Both the position numbers and the translations under genes were made by a program. Below the pieces are notes generated by a model. That model was not told the origin of the DNA and did no database searches. It was given only the letters and a program-made list of their open reading frames with translations. 64,000 bases of DNA from an uncultured Cytophagales bacterium (GTDB lineage: Bacteria; Bacteroidota; Bacteroidia; Cytophagales; Cyclobacteriaceae). Of this stretch, positions 21,118-31,205 are shown piece after piece. Each line of letters opens with the position of its first letter. Within the stretch, counting starts at the first letter, position 1. The stretch is from the NCBI GenBank assembly GCA_942491425.1, contig CALOAV010000030.1, forward strand, positions 50,934 through 114,933, in the 5' to 3' direction.

Positions 21118-21207
21118 AGACGCATGATTATGCGTCTCATAGACACACGCATGATTATGCGTCTTTGAGGCACATAATCATGTGCCTTTACGGATATGCG
21201 TCTTTAC
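21118..21207. repeat. Cluster of three about 20-bp palindromes (AGACGCATgattATGCGTCT x2 and an inverted variant AGGCACATaatcATGTGCCT)
   Basis: Perfect 8-bp stems read directly; the third palindrome carries the reverse-complement loop/core of the first two; lies between convergent genes. Confidence 0.7.
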
Positions 21208-21208
21208 G

Positions 21209-21775
21209 TTAGTTATTTCCCATTTTTTCCATTTCTTTTTCAAAGGTCTCCTTGAACTTCTCATAGTCATAGTCAATTTTTAACCGATCATCCTTTGACA
21301 TGCGCTCATTGTAGGTAGCAACCAGATCATCAGCAGACAACTCAATCGCGATATAGGTTTTATAATTACCTCCTTCAGTTTTCACCAACTTTTCACAAAT
21401 GGTTTTGATACCGGTAAGCTTTTGATTCACAATCTCCCTGTTCAATTGTTCAAAACGTTCCTCCACTTCTTCCTTATTGTTCATCTCACGAGAATTCACA
21501 TAGTTATCGGTAACTGCTTTCACCGTCGTTTCAATGCTGGCAGCCAGCTCACCTCTTGCATTCGATAAAGCTTTCTTTTTAGAGGTTACCTGATCCTGAC
21601 TTTCTCCAATGGAGTTGGCACGGAAAAATTTATTAGTGGTAAAGAAATCAGGACCCGAGCAGGGGACGTTAACTTCCACTTCACCTTTTGGTAAGGCTTT
21701 CTTCGACTTACACCCAACCGCAAAAAGCGCCACCAGTGCAAATAAGGTTAAATACGAGTATGCTAATTTTTTCAT
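21209..21775 (-). CDS. LPP20-like lipoprotein (hypothetical)
   Basis: Lipoprotein signal MKKLAYSYLTLFALVALFAVGCKS; small charged helical protein. Confidence 0.55.
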   Translation of the reverse strand: MKKLAYSYLTLFALVALFAVGCKSKKALPKGEVEVNVPCSGPDFFTTNKFFRANSIGESQDQVTSKKKALSNARGELAASIETTVKAVTDNYVNSREMNNKEEVEERFEQLNREIVNQKLTGIKTICEKLVKTEGGNYKTYIAIELSADDLVATYNERMSKDDRLKIDYDYEKFKETFEKEMEKMGNN

Positions 21776-21850
21776 GATAAATAAATTTAGTTTTCAGTTT
21801 TTATAGAGGATCAGGCAATTTCAATACCAATTTAGACAAAGGTTAATAAT

Positions 21851-23215
21851 TTATTGCAAAATACCGTTTAACAAGTCCACGATATACTCTTTTTCAATGG
21901 CATCGACCGCTTTGTTATAGGCATCCTGACTAGAACGGTCATAGTCGAGTCCATATCCTTTTATCCGGTCCAGGGTTGTACTGAATATCTCTTTTCCGTC
22001 ATTAATATCAGCCACCCTGATTAATCCACTTAAATAGGTAATAAAGATACTTCCCGAAACAGATCCTTGTTCTGAATCCGCTTTTACATCTACCCATAGT
22101 TCTGCCGCATATCGATCACCTGTGAATTCGAATCCTTCCTGAGACAGTAAATTTTTAATTTTGTTGGCCAATTGATTTGCATTCTTATTCAGGCCGAAAT
22201 TTTTCTCATTTGCTGTCAAATATACGACCGGCCGTTGTACCTGCAGTAATACTTTTGACGTAGGAATATTAAAGGTACTGGCCAATAACTTATACACCCT
22301 CGAGTCCGATAAGTTACTGATTTCATCAAGATCCAATGCCACTTCAATAGTTTGTTCAATCTCACGGGAACTGATTTTGCTCAATAAAATTTTTGCCTGT
22401 TCCTGATCATTGGTTTTGTAGGTTGGAAAGACTATACCCGATCCCTTCTTAAAACTGGCTTTGATGGGAATCCCGGATGCAATACCAATATCATCCCGAA
22501 AGGTGGTAGAAAGAATAATTGGTTGATCACTAACCCGGACACGACGATTCACGACGATTTGATTCGGAAAAACACTCAGGTCAATAAGATTCAAGAGCCG
22601 TTGAATACTGCCGTATATCTCATTCACCAACAAAATATCCGACCCCTCACGACTTATTTTAATGGCATCAGCCAGATAATGCTCTACACTTCGAAATGCC
22701 TGAAAGTAGTAATGAATTGCTTGCACCCGCGCCCCCTCCTTTTCAGCTTGCCGAGCGCGGTCAAAAAAATCAGATGCCAATGTAATGGCGTTCCTTTTCT
22801 CTTCCTCCTTAATTTCACGGTATCGCTCCTTCGACAATTGATAGTAAACCCAATAATTGAATTCGTCTTCCCAGGCGTCTACCAGCTCAAATTCTTTGAT
22901 TTGCTCTTCGGCCGTTGTTTTAATGATTTGTTCATATCGTTCCTGAAAGCTCTTGTCGGAATCGATCATCGTCAGTACCGAAGCGCTTGAAACCGTCACG
23001 CTAATCTCTGAAATCAGATCATCTAGGGCACTTTTTTTAGCCACCTGAACGTAATTATTGTTATCGCTCTTTAAAGCATGTCCCACGCCTGTATAAAACC
23101 CTGCCTTATAAGGTTTTACACCAAGCCAGGCTGGTTTGACGGGGGCTGTAACCAGCGGCACTTTGGGGCCACAGGCAACCATTAGTATAAGGAGGAAGAT
23201 AGAAAGCCGATTCAC
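21851..23215 (-). CDS. Hypothetical lipoprotein with LPP20-like C-terminal region
   Basis: Signal plus lipobox MNRLSIFLLILMVACG; 454 aa; no catalytic motifs recognised. Confidence 0.5.
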   Translation of the reverse strand: MNRLSIFLLILMVACGPKVPLVTAPVKPAWLGVKPYKAGFYTGVGHALKSDNNNYVQVAKKSALDDLISEISVTVSSASVLTMIDSDKSFQERYEQIIKTTAEEQIKEFELVDAWEDEFNYWVYYQLSKERYREIKEEEKRNAITLASDFFDRARQAEKEGARVQAIHYYFQAFRSVEHYLADAIKISREGSDILLVNEIYGSIQRLLNLIDLSVFPNQIVVNRRVRVSDQPIILSTTFRDDIGIASGIPIKASFKKGSGIVFPTYKTNDQEQAKILLSKISSREIEQTIEVALDLDEISNLSDSRVYKLLASTFNIPTSKVLLQVQRPVVYLTANEKNFGLNKNANQLANKIKNLLSQEGFEFTGDRYAAELWVDVKADSEQGSVSGSIFITYLSGLIRVADINDGKEIFSTTLDRIKGYGLDYDRSSQDAYNKAVDAIEKEYIVDLLNGILQ

Positions 23216-23348
23216 AGAATAATTATCAATACCATGCGTTTTATTACCACTTCCATGCCAATTTTCGCAAAACGGAACTTATTCCTGCAAGATTGGTTAT
23301 TGCTGAAGTGGTAATTTTTTGTTTCCTTTATTGTTCAAAGATAGGTGT

Positions 23349-23779
23349 ATGAATCGAATATTAGTTTCCCTTATGATTATCATTATTCTGGCGAGTTGCC
23401 AGGAAAATGCGGTTACTGAAAGTGAATTTACGGGTAGAGAAACGGTTTATGCACTCCAGCCCTGGTTCGGCAATACGCAATCAGTGGAACAGTTACATTA
23501 AAAGAACGGGTGAAAGGAAACACATTGGTGTTAATATCTTTAACCGGAACCGAAGGCGATATCCAACATCCTGTTCATCTTCATTTAGGCGATATCAGTG
23601 CTCCTGGTGCTGAAATTTATGCTGTGTTAAACCCTGTATTAGGCAAAACAGGAATGAGTGAAACCATTCTTTCTTTACTGGCAGATGAATCAACCGTATC
23701 CTATCAGAACCTACTTGATATGGAAGCCAGTATAAAATTCACCTTGCAGAATCCGGACCCGATCGGGATATTATTTTAG
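23349..23779 (+). pseudogene. CHRD-domain lipoprotein gene interrupted by an apparent frameshift near 23470-23500
   Basis: Frame 0 encodes a lipoprotein signal (MNRILVSLMIIIILASCQ) and stops at 23501. The overlapping frame continues with ISGTVTLKERVKGNTLVLISLTGTEG...HPVHLHLGD, a CHRD-like H-x-H-x-G motif. The two ORFs overlap. Confidence 0.5.
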
Positions 23780-23902
23780 CCGGAGGCAATATTGGTGAAT
23801 TAGGGAAATCCATTTCTTCCGGAAGGGTAGAGATCGGTGTTTGTAAGAGTAATTAGGTATAGGTTAGTTACCGGTTGCCGGTTACCAGTCGCCAGTGAGT
23901 AC

Positions 23903-23940
23903 AAAAAACCATTTTCGGAAGGTGGTTTATTTTGTTTTTG
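23903..23940 (+). terminator. Putative rho-independent terminator (weak 5-6-bp stem plus long T-run)
   Basis: aaaaaaccattttcggaaggtggtttattttgttttt downstream of the CHRD gene. Confidence 0.4.
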
Positions 23941-24031
23941 GTAGGTACTGAAGAAATTTAAATTCGAGCGAACTTTAAACCTGAAGCAGTTAAGCACTCA
24001 GAATTCATATCTCATCACCCATAACTCAAAA

Positions 24032-24604
24032 CTATTTACTATCCAGTATCTCAATAACTTCGACTAACTCATTATACCATTCTTCCCCATATTTTCGAAT
24101 CAATGGTTCCTTTAAAAATTTATAAAGCGGTACCTCCAGTTCTTTCCCCAGTGTACAGGCAGGCGAACAGATACTCCACTTATTATAATTGATCGCTTCG
24201 AAATTTTTCTTTTTGGTTATCCGAATCGGATAGAGATGGCACGAGATCGGTTTGCGAAATTCAGTTTTCCCTTCCTTCCAGGCATGTTCGATTCCACATT
24301 TTAAAATTCCCTTGTCATCATATATCGCGTAGGCACATTCCCGTCCACCAATCGTTGGTGTTGAATAATCTCCATCTGGATCCAAAATATAAGTCCCCTG
24401 CTTTTCAATCGCCCGAATCCCCTCAGCAGTTAAATAATCTTTGATCTTTGGGTATGTCTTTTTAAGAATTTCAAGTTCTTCATCTTCCAGGGGGGCACCG
24501 TAGTCACCCTCGACACAACATGCCCCTTTGCATTTTTCAAGATTGCAGACAAATTCTTTTTCACGAATATCATCCGAAACCAATATCTCTCCTACCTGTA
24601 TCAT
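24032..24604 (-). CDS. DUF3109-family Cys-rich protein
   Basis: [10 protein letters not shown] plus further Cys motifs typical of Bacteroidota DUF3109; start at the internal MIQVGEIL is preferred. Confidence 0.7.
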   Translation of the reverse strand: MIQVGEILVSDDIREKEFVCNLEKCKGACCVEGDYGAPLEDEELEILKKTYPKIKDYLTAEGIRAIEKQGTYILDPDGDYSTPTIGGRECAYAIYDDKGILKCGIEHAWKEGKTEFRKPISCHLYPIRITKKKNFEAINYNKWSICSPACTLGKELEVPLYKFLKEPLIRKYGEEWYNELVEVIEILDSK

Positions 24605-24660
24605 AATCCCCAAAATTAACCTATTAATATCTACCAATCATGCTGAACTTGTGTATAGCG

Positions 24661-25506
24661 TCAAAACAAACCCATTTGAATCGTTTCAGATTGTTTCACA
24701 TCCTGCTGGATCAGCCTGGCAGAGAAATTCTTTGAATACATCCCCATATAATACGTGGGAAGTTCCATCAGGCTTGATTCAAGTTTATGAGCCGACAATG
24801 AAGTTGAAAGCCCAATCGCTAACATTCGATTCTGATGGTACTTCACAATCCGCTTATAAAACTGTTCATTGCTGGTTGCTTCTTTAAGTTTCTCCGCCTC
24901 AAAAGAATTTCCCAGGTATTTTTTTATACGTTCTTCCTTTTCTGTTATATAATGGAGGTAATTGATTTTACTATTCAGCGGAAAGGTGTACGGGATTAAA
25001 AAACTAAACCCAAGCCCGGCCAATTTCTCCAACACCGACAATTCGATCCGAAAGTTGAAAGGATCTACTAAACATAAAGTAGCTACTTTGTAACGACCTT
25101 TGCTCTGGGGCACATAGAATCTAAATTTATCGATCAATTCTGCCGGATGTTGCTCGAAAATCAGAATATTTTCCTGACGGAAATGCCGATTCACCCTGAC
25201 TTTCAATGCCTTTGCATTATCCTGATCTTCTTCACATAAAATCCATTTTGAAACCGGAAGCCCGGATGCCAGAAGGGAAAGGATACTCTCCAGAAATAGT
25301 TCACGCTGGTGACCTGAAGAACAAAAACCATTACGGGAAAATAAATCAACCACTACCAACTCATCAACCCTACCGGAAACATTGGCAACAAAAGATTCAA
25401 AATAATGCTGGATCACTTGAACCTTTACTTTAAACCATGGCTCAGCACCGGTTACAACAAAGTCGTCTTTTTGAAATTGGTGGGAAGAAGTTGCCAGAGG
25501 ATTCAA
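24661..25506 (-). CDS. Hypothetical protein (281 aa), function unknown
   Basis: Long ORF in consistent frame, co-directional with and 24 bp from the DUF3109 gene. Only a weak speculative resemblance to an RlmJ-like fold (N-terminal basic helix, later VDPFNF). Confidence 0.45.
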   Translation of the reverse strand: MNPLATSSHQFQKDDFVVTGAEPWFKVKVQVIQHYFESFVANVSGRVDELVVVDLFSRNGFCSSGHQRELFLESILSLLASGLPVSKWILCEEDQDNAKALKVRVNRHFRQENILIFEQHPAELIDKFRFYVPQSKGRYKVATLCLVDPFNFRIELSVLEKLAGLGFSFLIPYTFPLNSKINYLHYITEKEERIKKYLGNSFEAEKLKEATSNEQFYKRIVKYHQNRMLAIGLSTSLSAHKLESSLMELPTYYMGMYSKNFSARLIQQDVKQSETIQMGLF

Positions 25507-25647
25507 TATCTAAACAGGTTTTTCAAAGGTAGCGGTTTTTTTCCGTCACTTATAAAATAGACACTATAGTTTTAATTCGACTATTTCTGTCAGCATACCG
25601 AAATTGGTTCGCCTAATGATTTAAAAAAAATTAATTTGCGGACGTTT

Positions 25648-27906
25648 ATGTCAGACTACTTAGAATCGCTCAATGAACCTCAACGGGAGGGTGTAATCAA
25701 TACCGAAGGACCTTGTATGCTAATTGCGGGTGCCGGATCCGGTAAAACGCGTGTCCTCACCTACCGCATTGCTCATTTAATGGAAAAGAATGTTGATCCT
25801 TTCAACATTCTGGCGCTGACCTTTACGAATAAGGCTGCTAAAGAGATGCGCAATCGATTGGAGCAATTGGTTGGATCAGATGCCCGGAATCTCTGGATGG
25901 GGACCTTTCACTCCGTATTTGCTCGAATTCTTCGCGCCGAAGCGCACCATTTAGGATATCCGAACAATTTTACAATTTATGATACGGATGATTCCAAATC
26001 CATTCTTCGTAAGATCATCAAAGAATTGGGGCTGGATGATGCCATCTATAAAGTAAATACAGTTTACAATCGTATCTCAGCGGCGAAGAACAGCCTGATC
26101 GGTTGGCAGGATTACCTTGCCCACCCCGAATTAACGGGTGATGACCGGGCAAACATGCGACCCGAAATCGGAAAAATATTCAAGACCTATGCGTTGCGAT
26201 GCTTCAAAGCAGGCGCCATGGATTTTGACGACCTCTTGTTCAATACTGATAAACTTTTCAAAGAGCATCTGGAAGTCCTGAATAAATATCAACACCGCTT
26301 TCATTACATTCTGGTGGATGAGTTTCAGGATACAAACCTGTGCCAGTATTTTATCATACGAAAACTTTCGGCCGTTAAGCAAAACATCTGTGTCGTTGGA
26401 GATGACGCTCAAAGTATTTATGCCTTTCGTGGTGCGGATATTACCAATATTCTCAACTTCGAGCGCGATTACCCTGATCTGAAAATCATTAAACTGGAAC
26501 AAAATTATCGTTCCACGCAAAATATTGTGAATGCCGCCAACTCGGTAATCAAAAAGAACAAAGCCCAGCTGCCTAAAAATGTCTGGACTGCGAATGATGA
26601 AGGGTCGCTTATTGAATTAATTAAATCGGTCTCTGATAATGAAGAAGGCAAACTAATTGCCAGCTCTATTTTCGAAGAAAAAATGCAGCATCAGCTGAAG
26701 TACAGCGACATTGCCATCCTCTATCGAACAAACAGTCAATCGCGTGCCATTGAAGAGTCGTTGCGTCGGATGAACATCAAATACAAAGTTGTGGGCGGGC
26801 TTTCTTTTTATCAGCGAAAAGAAATTAAAGATCTGCTTGGCTATCTGCGATACACGATCAATCAGCAGGATGAAGCTTCTTTCAGGAGAATTATTAATTA
26901 CCCTAAACGAGGTATTGGTGACACATCGATTGATAAAGTTGTCGTCGCTGCAAATGATCATGCCATCTCCATTTGGGAAGTCCTGGAAAATGCTACCTCA
27001 TTTGTAGGAGGTCGGGCTGCCGGTGCCATTGATGATTTTGTAAGTAAGATTAAACACTTCAGTATCATTGTTGAGCAGAAAGATGCGTATGAGGCTGCCC
27101 ATGAGATCGCGAAGGGGTCAGGCTTGCTGCGTGAACTCTACGAAGATAAAACCGCAGAAGGCCTTAACCGGTATGAAAACGTTCAGGAATTGCTGAACGC
27201 AATTAAAGAATATGTTGATGATCCCGAGAAGGACGATAAAAGTCTGGGTGCTTTTCTTCAGGAAGTATCGTTAATCACTGGTCAGGATGAAGACAAGGAC
27301 AACGATCCCGAAAAAGTCACATTGATGACCATTCACATGGCAAAGGGATTGGAGTTTAGGTATGTATACATTGTGGGATTGGAAGAGGATTTATTTCCCT
27401 CTCAAATGATGTTGAGTAGCCGTGCGGAACTGGAAGAAGAGAGAAGATTATTTTATGTGGCGATCACCCGGGCAAAAGAAAAATTAATCCTATCGTACGC
27501 GTTGACCCGATATCGGTTTGGTCGGTTAAAGAACTGCGAACCCAGCCGTTTCCTGGACGACATCGATGCACACTTCATAAAAGTGAGTACAAAATTCAAG
27601 GGATTTCAGTCTGAAAAAGCGCCCTCCAGCAACTATGCAAAAAGTCTGGTGAATGGCATCCGGAAAACTACTTCATCAGCTCAAGTGCCGAAAAGAACGA
27701 GTACGTATAAACCACCAGCCAACTTCGTCCCCAGTGACACGTCCGGGTTATCCGATGGGATGAAGGTGGAGCACCCTAAATTCGGATTTGGGACGGTTAC
27801 GCAAATGGATGAATCCGGGGCAGACCGGAAGGCCAAGATTAATTTCGATGATTTTGGTGAAAAGACGTTATTGCTTAGCTTTGCCAAACTCAGGATACAT
27901 AATTAA
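25648..27906 (+). CDS. ATP-dependent DNA helicase, UvrD/PcrA/Rep family
   Basis: Walker A GAGSGKTRVLTYR; DEFQDT (motif II); QNYRST; conserved C-terminal helicase motifs; ATG at 25648 preferred over the upstream TTG. Confidence 0.9.
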   Translation: MSDYLESLNEPQREGVINTEGPCMLIAGAGSGKTRVLTYRIAHLMEKNVDPFNILALTFTNKAAKEMRNRLEQLVGSDARNLWMGTFHSVFARILRAEAHHLGYPNNFTIYDTDDSKSILRKIIKELGLDDAIYKVNTVYNRISAAKNSLIGWQDYLAHPELTGDDRANMRPEIGKIFKTYALRCFKAGAMDFDDLLFNTDKLFKEHLEVLNKYQHRFHYILVDEFQDTNLCQYFIIRKLSAVKQNICVVGDDAQSIYAFRGADITNILNFERDYPDLKIIKLEQNYRSTQNIVNAANSVIKKNKAQLPKNVWTANDEGSLIELIKSVSDNEEGKLIASSIFEEKMQHQLKYSDIAILYRTNSQSRAIEESLRRMNIKYKVVGGLSFYQRKEIKDLLGYLRYTINQQDEASFRRIINYPKRGIGDTSIDKVVVAANDHAISIWEVLENATSFVGGRAAGAIDDFVSKIKHFSIIVEQKDAYEAAHEIAKGSGLLRELYEDKTAEGLNRYENVQELLNAIKEYVDDPEKDDKSLGAFLQEVSLITGQDEDKDNDPEKVTLMTIHMAKGLEFRYVYIVGLEEDLFPSQMMLSSRAELEEERRLFYVAITRAKEKLILSYALTRYRFGRLKNCEPSRFLDDIDAHFIKVSTKFKGFQSEKAPSSNYAKSLVNGIRKTTSSAQVPKRTSTYKPPANFVPSDTSGLSDGMKVEHPKFGFGTVTQMDESGADRKAKINFDDFGEKTLLLSFAKLRIHN

Positions 27907-28045
27907 TGAATGAATTCAGCCAAAAATCCAATCCAGTGGCTAAATTTTAAGGTTTACTAAAAATTAAACAGCATTAGAGCCAGCAATTGATTTCCCCGGA
28001 AGGGTATCCATTACCAATATTAAAATAGATATCATGCAAAAGAAC

Positions 28046-28705
28046 ATGGAGTACAACAGTGAACGCGAAGCCATTATTTTAAAAGAATACGGACGGAACG
28101 TCCAAAAATTGATTGAATACATCCGCACGGAAGGTGATAAAGATAAACGCACACAAATGGCGTATACCTTATTGGAATTAATCCGGCAGCTGACACCATC
28201 CATTAAAGATCAACCTGAAAATCCACAACGCTTGTGGGACGACCTGTTTATTATTGCCGATTTTAATCTGGATATTAACAGCCCCTATCCGATACCTGAG
28301 CGTGATATTCTATTTAAAAAACCCAGAAAGGTTGAATACCCACAAAGCAGAATCCGGTACAAACATTACGGTAAGAACATTGAGAAGCTTGTTAAAGAAG
28401 CACTGAAGATTGAAAATAAGGAAGACCGTGATGAAGCGATTGTGTATCTGGGAAAATTGATGAAGACGTTTTACAGCAGCTGGAACAAGGAGTCGTTGGA
28501 TGATTCGGTAATCTTAAAAGACATTGGACTGCTTTCGGATGGAGAACTTAAACTTGACCTCGATAAAGTAAAAGAGGACAATCTCTTTGAAATGCTCTAT
28601 CGTGAAAAGCGCAAGCCAAGACCACAACAAAACAGCGGAGGTCGACAAGGGGGACATCGGAATTTTAAGAAGAACAACAGCAATCGCAGAAGAAGAGATC
28701 AATAG
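28046..28705 (+). CDS. DUF4290-domain protein
   Basis: MEYNSEREAIILKEYGRNVQ N-terminus typical of DUF4290; immediately upstream of murA, as is common in Bacteroidota. Confidence 0.75.
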   Translation: MEYNSEREAIILKEYGRNVQKLIEYIRTEGDKDKRTQMAYTLLELIRQLTPSIKDQPENPQRLWDDLFIIADFNLDINSPYPIPERDILFKKPRKVEYPQSRIRYKHYGKNIEKLVKEALKIENKEDRDEAIVYLGKLMKTFYSSWNKESLDDSVILKDIGLLSDGELKLDLDKVKEDNLFEMLYREKRKPRPQQNSGGRQGGHRNFKKNNSNRRRRDQ

Positions 28706-28881
28706 ATCCACGTTGCGATTGAAATTGTCATCTGTGCATGCACCGACAAGAATGAAATTTTAACTTGCGGTTCTCATCTGTTTATTTAAAAGTATTACTT
28801 AAACAGTTGAAAATACTAACTTTCCTCTGTAATTTTTTTATTGAATCAAGGAAGGCATTACCTTCCGAGAAATAATCCTAC

Positions 28882-30195
28882 ATGGCAGTTTTTAAAATCC
28901 AGGGCGGCAAAAAACTTTCAGGAGAAATTACTCCGCAAGGCGCCAAGAATGAAGCACTTCAAATTATCAGTGCCACGTTGCTCAGTTCCGAGCCGATTAC
29001 CATTCACAACATCCCCAATATCCGGGATGTTAATAAACTCATTGAATTATTAGGTGACCTGGGTTGTAAAGTTGAGCAACTTGCTCCCGAATCCTATCGT
29101 TTTACGGCTAATCAGGTAGATATCAATTTCCTTGAATCCGAAACCTATAGAAAGAAGGCATCAGCACTTCGCGGCTCGGTTATGTTACTGGGGCCAATTC
29201 TCGCGCGTTTTGGATCTGCAAGCCTGCCCAAACCGGGAGGCGACAAAATTGGTAGAAGAAGACTAGATACCCACTTTATCGGTTTTCAAAAATTAGGAGC
29301 CAAATTCAATTTTAATGCTGAGGATCATCTTTTTCATATTGATGCTACCCAATTAAAGGGATGCTACATGTTACTGGATGAAGCCTCTGTTACAGGAACG
29401 GCCAACATCCTAATGGCCGCAGTACTGGCTGAAGGAAAAACAACACTATACAACGCTGCGTGTGAACCCTATTTGCAGCAGCTCTGCCTGATGCTTAACC
29501 GAATGGGTGCAAAAATATCGGGTATCGGATCCAATCTTTTAACCATCGAAGGAGTAAGCGAACTGAAAGGTACCGAGCACACACTGCTTCCCGATATGAT
29601 TGAGATTGGAAGTTTTATCGGCCTGGCAGCGATGACGCAATCTGAAATCACGATTAAAAATTGTCGTGTCGAAATGCTGGGGATGATTCCGGATGTATTC
29701 AGAAGATTGGGTATCAAATTAGAGATTCGTGGAGATGATATTTACATCCCTTCTCAGGAACATTATGAGATCGAAACGTTTATTGACGGCTCTATTCTGA
29801 CGATCAGCGATGCACCGTGGCCGGGATTTACACCGGATTTATTAAGTATCATTCTGGTGGTGGCGACCCAGGCAAAAGGAACCGTGCTGGTCCATCAGAA
29901 AATGTTTGAAAGCCGGTTGTTTTTCGTAGACAAACTCATTGATATGGGCGCACAAATTATCTTGTGTGATCCTCACCGGGCAACGGTCATCGGACTGGAT
30001 CGGAAACAATCCCTTCGGGGCATTAGCATGTCTTCCCCGGATATCCGGGCTGGTGTTTCTTTATTAATTGCATCTCTCTCTGCACAGGGGGAGAGCCTGA
30101 TTTCCAATATTGATCAGATTGACCGTGGGTATCAAAATATAGACGGCAGACTCAGGAACCTGGGCGCAGAAATACAGCGGGTCGACGAGCAATAA
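28882..30195 (+). CDS. murA: UDP-N-acetylglucosamine 1-carboxyvinyltransferase
   Basis: 437 aa; canonical MurA N-terminus FKIQGGKKLSGEITPQGAKNEALQI; full-length. Confidence 0.95.
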   Translation: MAVFKIQGGKKLSGEITPQGAKNEALQIISATLLSSEPITIHNIPNIRDVNKLIELLGDLGCKVEQLAPESYRFTANQVDINFLESETYRKKASALRGSVMLLGPILARFGSASLPKPGGDKIGRRRLDTHFIGFQKLGAKFNFNAEDHLFHIDATQLKGCYMLLDEASVTGTANILMAAVLAEGKTTLYNAACEPYLQQLCLMLNRMGAKISGIGSNLLTIEGVSELKGTEHTLLPDMIEIGSFIGLAAMTQSEITIKNCRVEMLGMIPDVFRRLGIKLEIRGDDIYIPSQEHYEIETFIDGSILTISDAPWPGFTPDLLSIILVVATQAKGTVLVHQKMFESRLFFVDKLIDMGAQIILCDPHRATVIGLDRKQSLRGISMSSPDIRAGVSLLIASLSAQGESLISNIDQIDRGYQNIDGRLRNLGAEIQRVDEQ

Positions 30196-30248
30196 GATCA
30201 AATTTTTTTACGTTATTAGTCGTTGAACTCGTTAACGACAATAACCCT

Positions 30249-30845
30249 ATGAAAAAATTACTACCACTCATTTTTCTATTTGTAACCATCCAGTTTGCAC
30301 AGGCACAGGAAGAAGACAATGGCCTTAAAATGCCAAAAGCCCTTATTAAAATTTATCCGCAGGCCTTTTTTTTAAGCACATTCCAGTTGGGTATCGAAAC
30401 TTTCAATTCTGACTTTTCGCGGAGTTTTAATTTTGATGCAGGAATCCGTACACGAAATGACAACTGGTACGAAAGCTATTCGGGCGTTTACGGAGAAGTT
30501 GCGTACCGGAAATATTTCGTACCCATGAAGTTCAAGAAAAAGAATTACATGGGAGTGTATTATTCTATCGGGTTTAAAGCAGGATATTATAAAACAGAAA
30601 TCTATGATGACTTTACCGGAAACTATGATGAAGAAACTGAATTGTGGAACTATAGCCCTTCCTTCACTATCGGAATCCAAAAAACAATTTGGCAAGTATT
30701 ACTTTTAGATATTTTTGTTGGTGGGGCACTTGGAATTCCAGTTTACCCGGACAATGCGATAGAGGTGGATTATGCCGATAACCTGGACCCAGCCTTTAAA
30801 GGAATCTATCCAAAGATTGGGGTTAAAATAGGAGTTGGGTTGTAA
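30249..30845 (+). CDS. Hypothetical secreted protein (small outer-membrane beta-barrel-like)
   Basis: Signal peptide MKKLLPLIFLFVTIQFAQAQ; alternating aromatic/hydrophobic pattern and C-terminal ...IGVGL. Confidence 0.5.
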   Translation: MKKLLPLIFLFVTIQFAQAQEEDNGLKMPKALIKIYPQAFFLSTFQLGIETFNSDFSRSFNFDAGIRTRNDNWYESYSGVYGEVAYRKYFVPMKFKKKNYMGVYYSIGFKAGYYKTEIYDDFTGNYDEETELWNYSPSFTIGIQKTIWQVLLLDIFVGGALGIPVYPDNAIEVDYADNLDPAFKGIYPKIGVKIGVGL

Positions 30846-31150
30846 GTTAACTCCACAATTCCTGTTCTCCTACCTGAGGGGGGTAACACTGTAAGCGAAA
30901 CTGCTGATGAAGGAGTTAGCGCAGCGTCCCCTTCGGGAGACACTGCGAGAACACAATAGAGGTGGATTATGCCGATATCCTGGACCCAGCCTTTAAAGGA
31001 ATCTATCCAAAGATTGGGGTTAAAATAGGAGTTGGGTTGTAAGTTAACTCCACAATTCCTGTTCTCCTATCCTGAGGAGTAACACTTTATGCGAAACTAC
31101 TGACGCAAAGGAGTTAGCGCAGCGTCCCGTTCGGGAGTCACTGCGAGAAC
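30761..31150. repeat. Tandem duplication of a 197-bp unit (last about 28 codons of the upstream gene plus about 110 bp of 3' flank carrying a C(UUCG)G-loop hairpin)
   Basis: 30761-30957 and 30958-31150 align almost base for base; each copy contains gcgcagcgtcccCttcgggagAcactgcgag (copy 2 has C to G and A to T). Confidence 0.9.
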
Positions 31151-31183
31151 ACAATAAAAAAACCCACGATCAAATCATGGGCT
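31150..31183. terminator. Putative bidirectional rho-independent terminator
   Basis: aaaaaaacccacgatcaaatcatgggctattttttttc; 8-bp stem with one mismatch, flanked by A-run and T-run, between convergent genes. Confidence 0.5.
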
Positions 31184-31205
31184 ATTTTTTTCAAACCGCA
31201 TTCAA

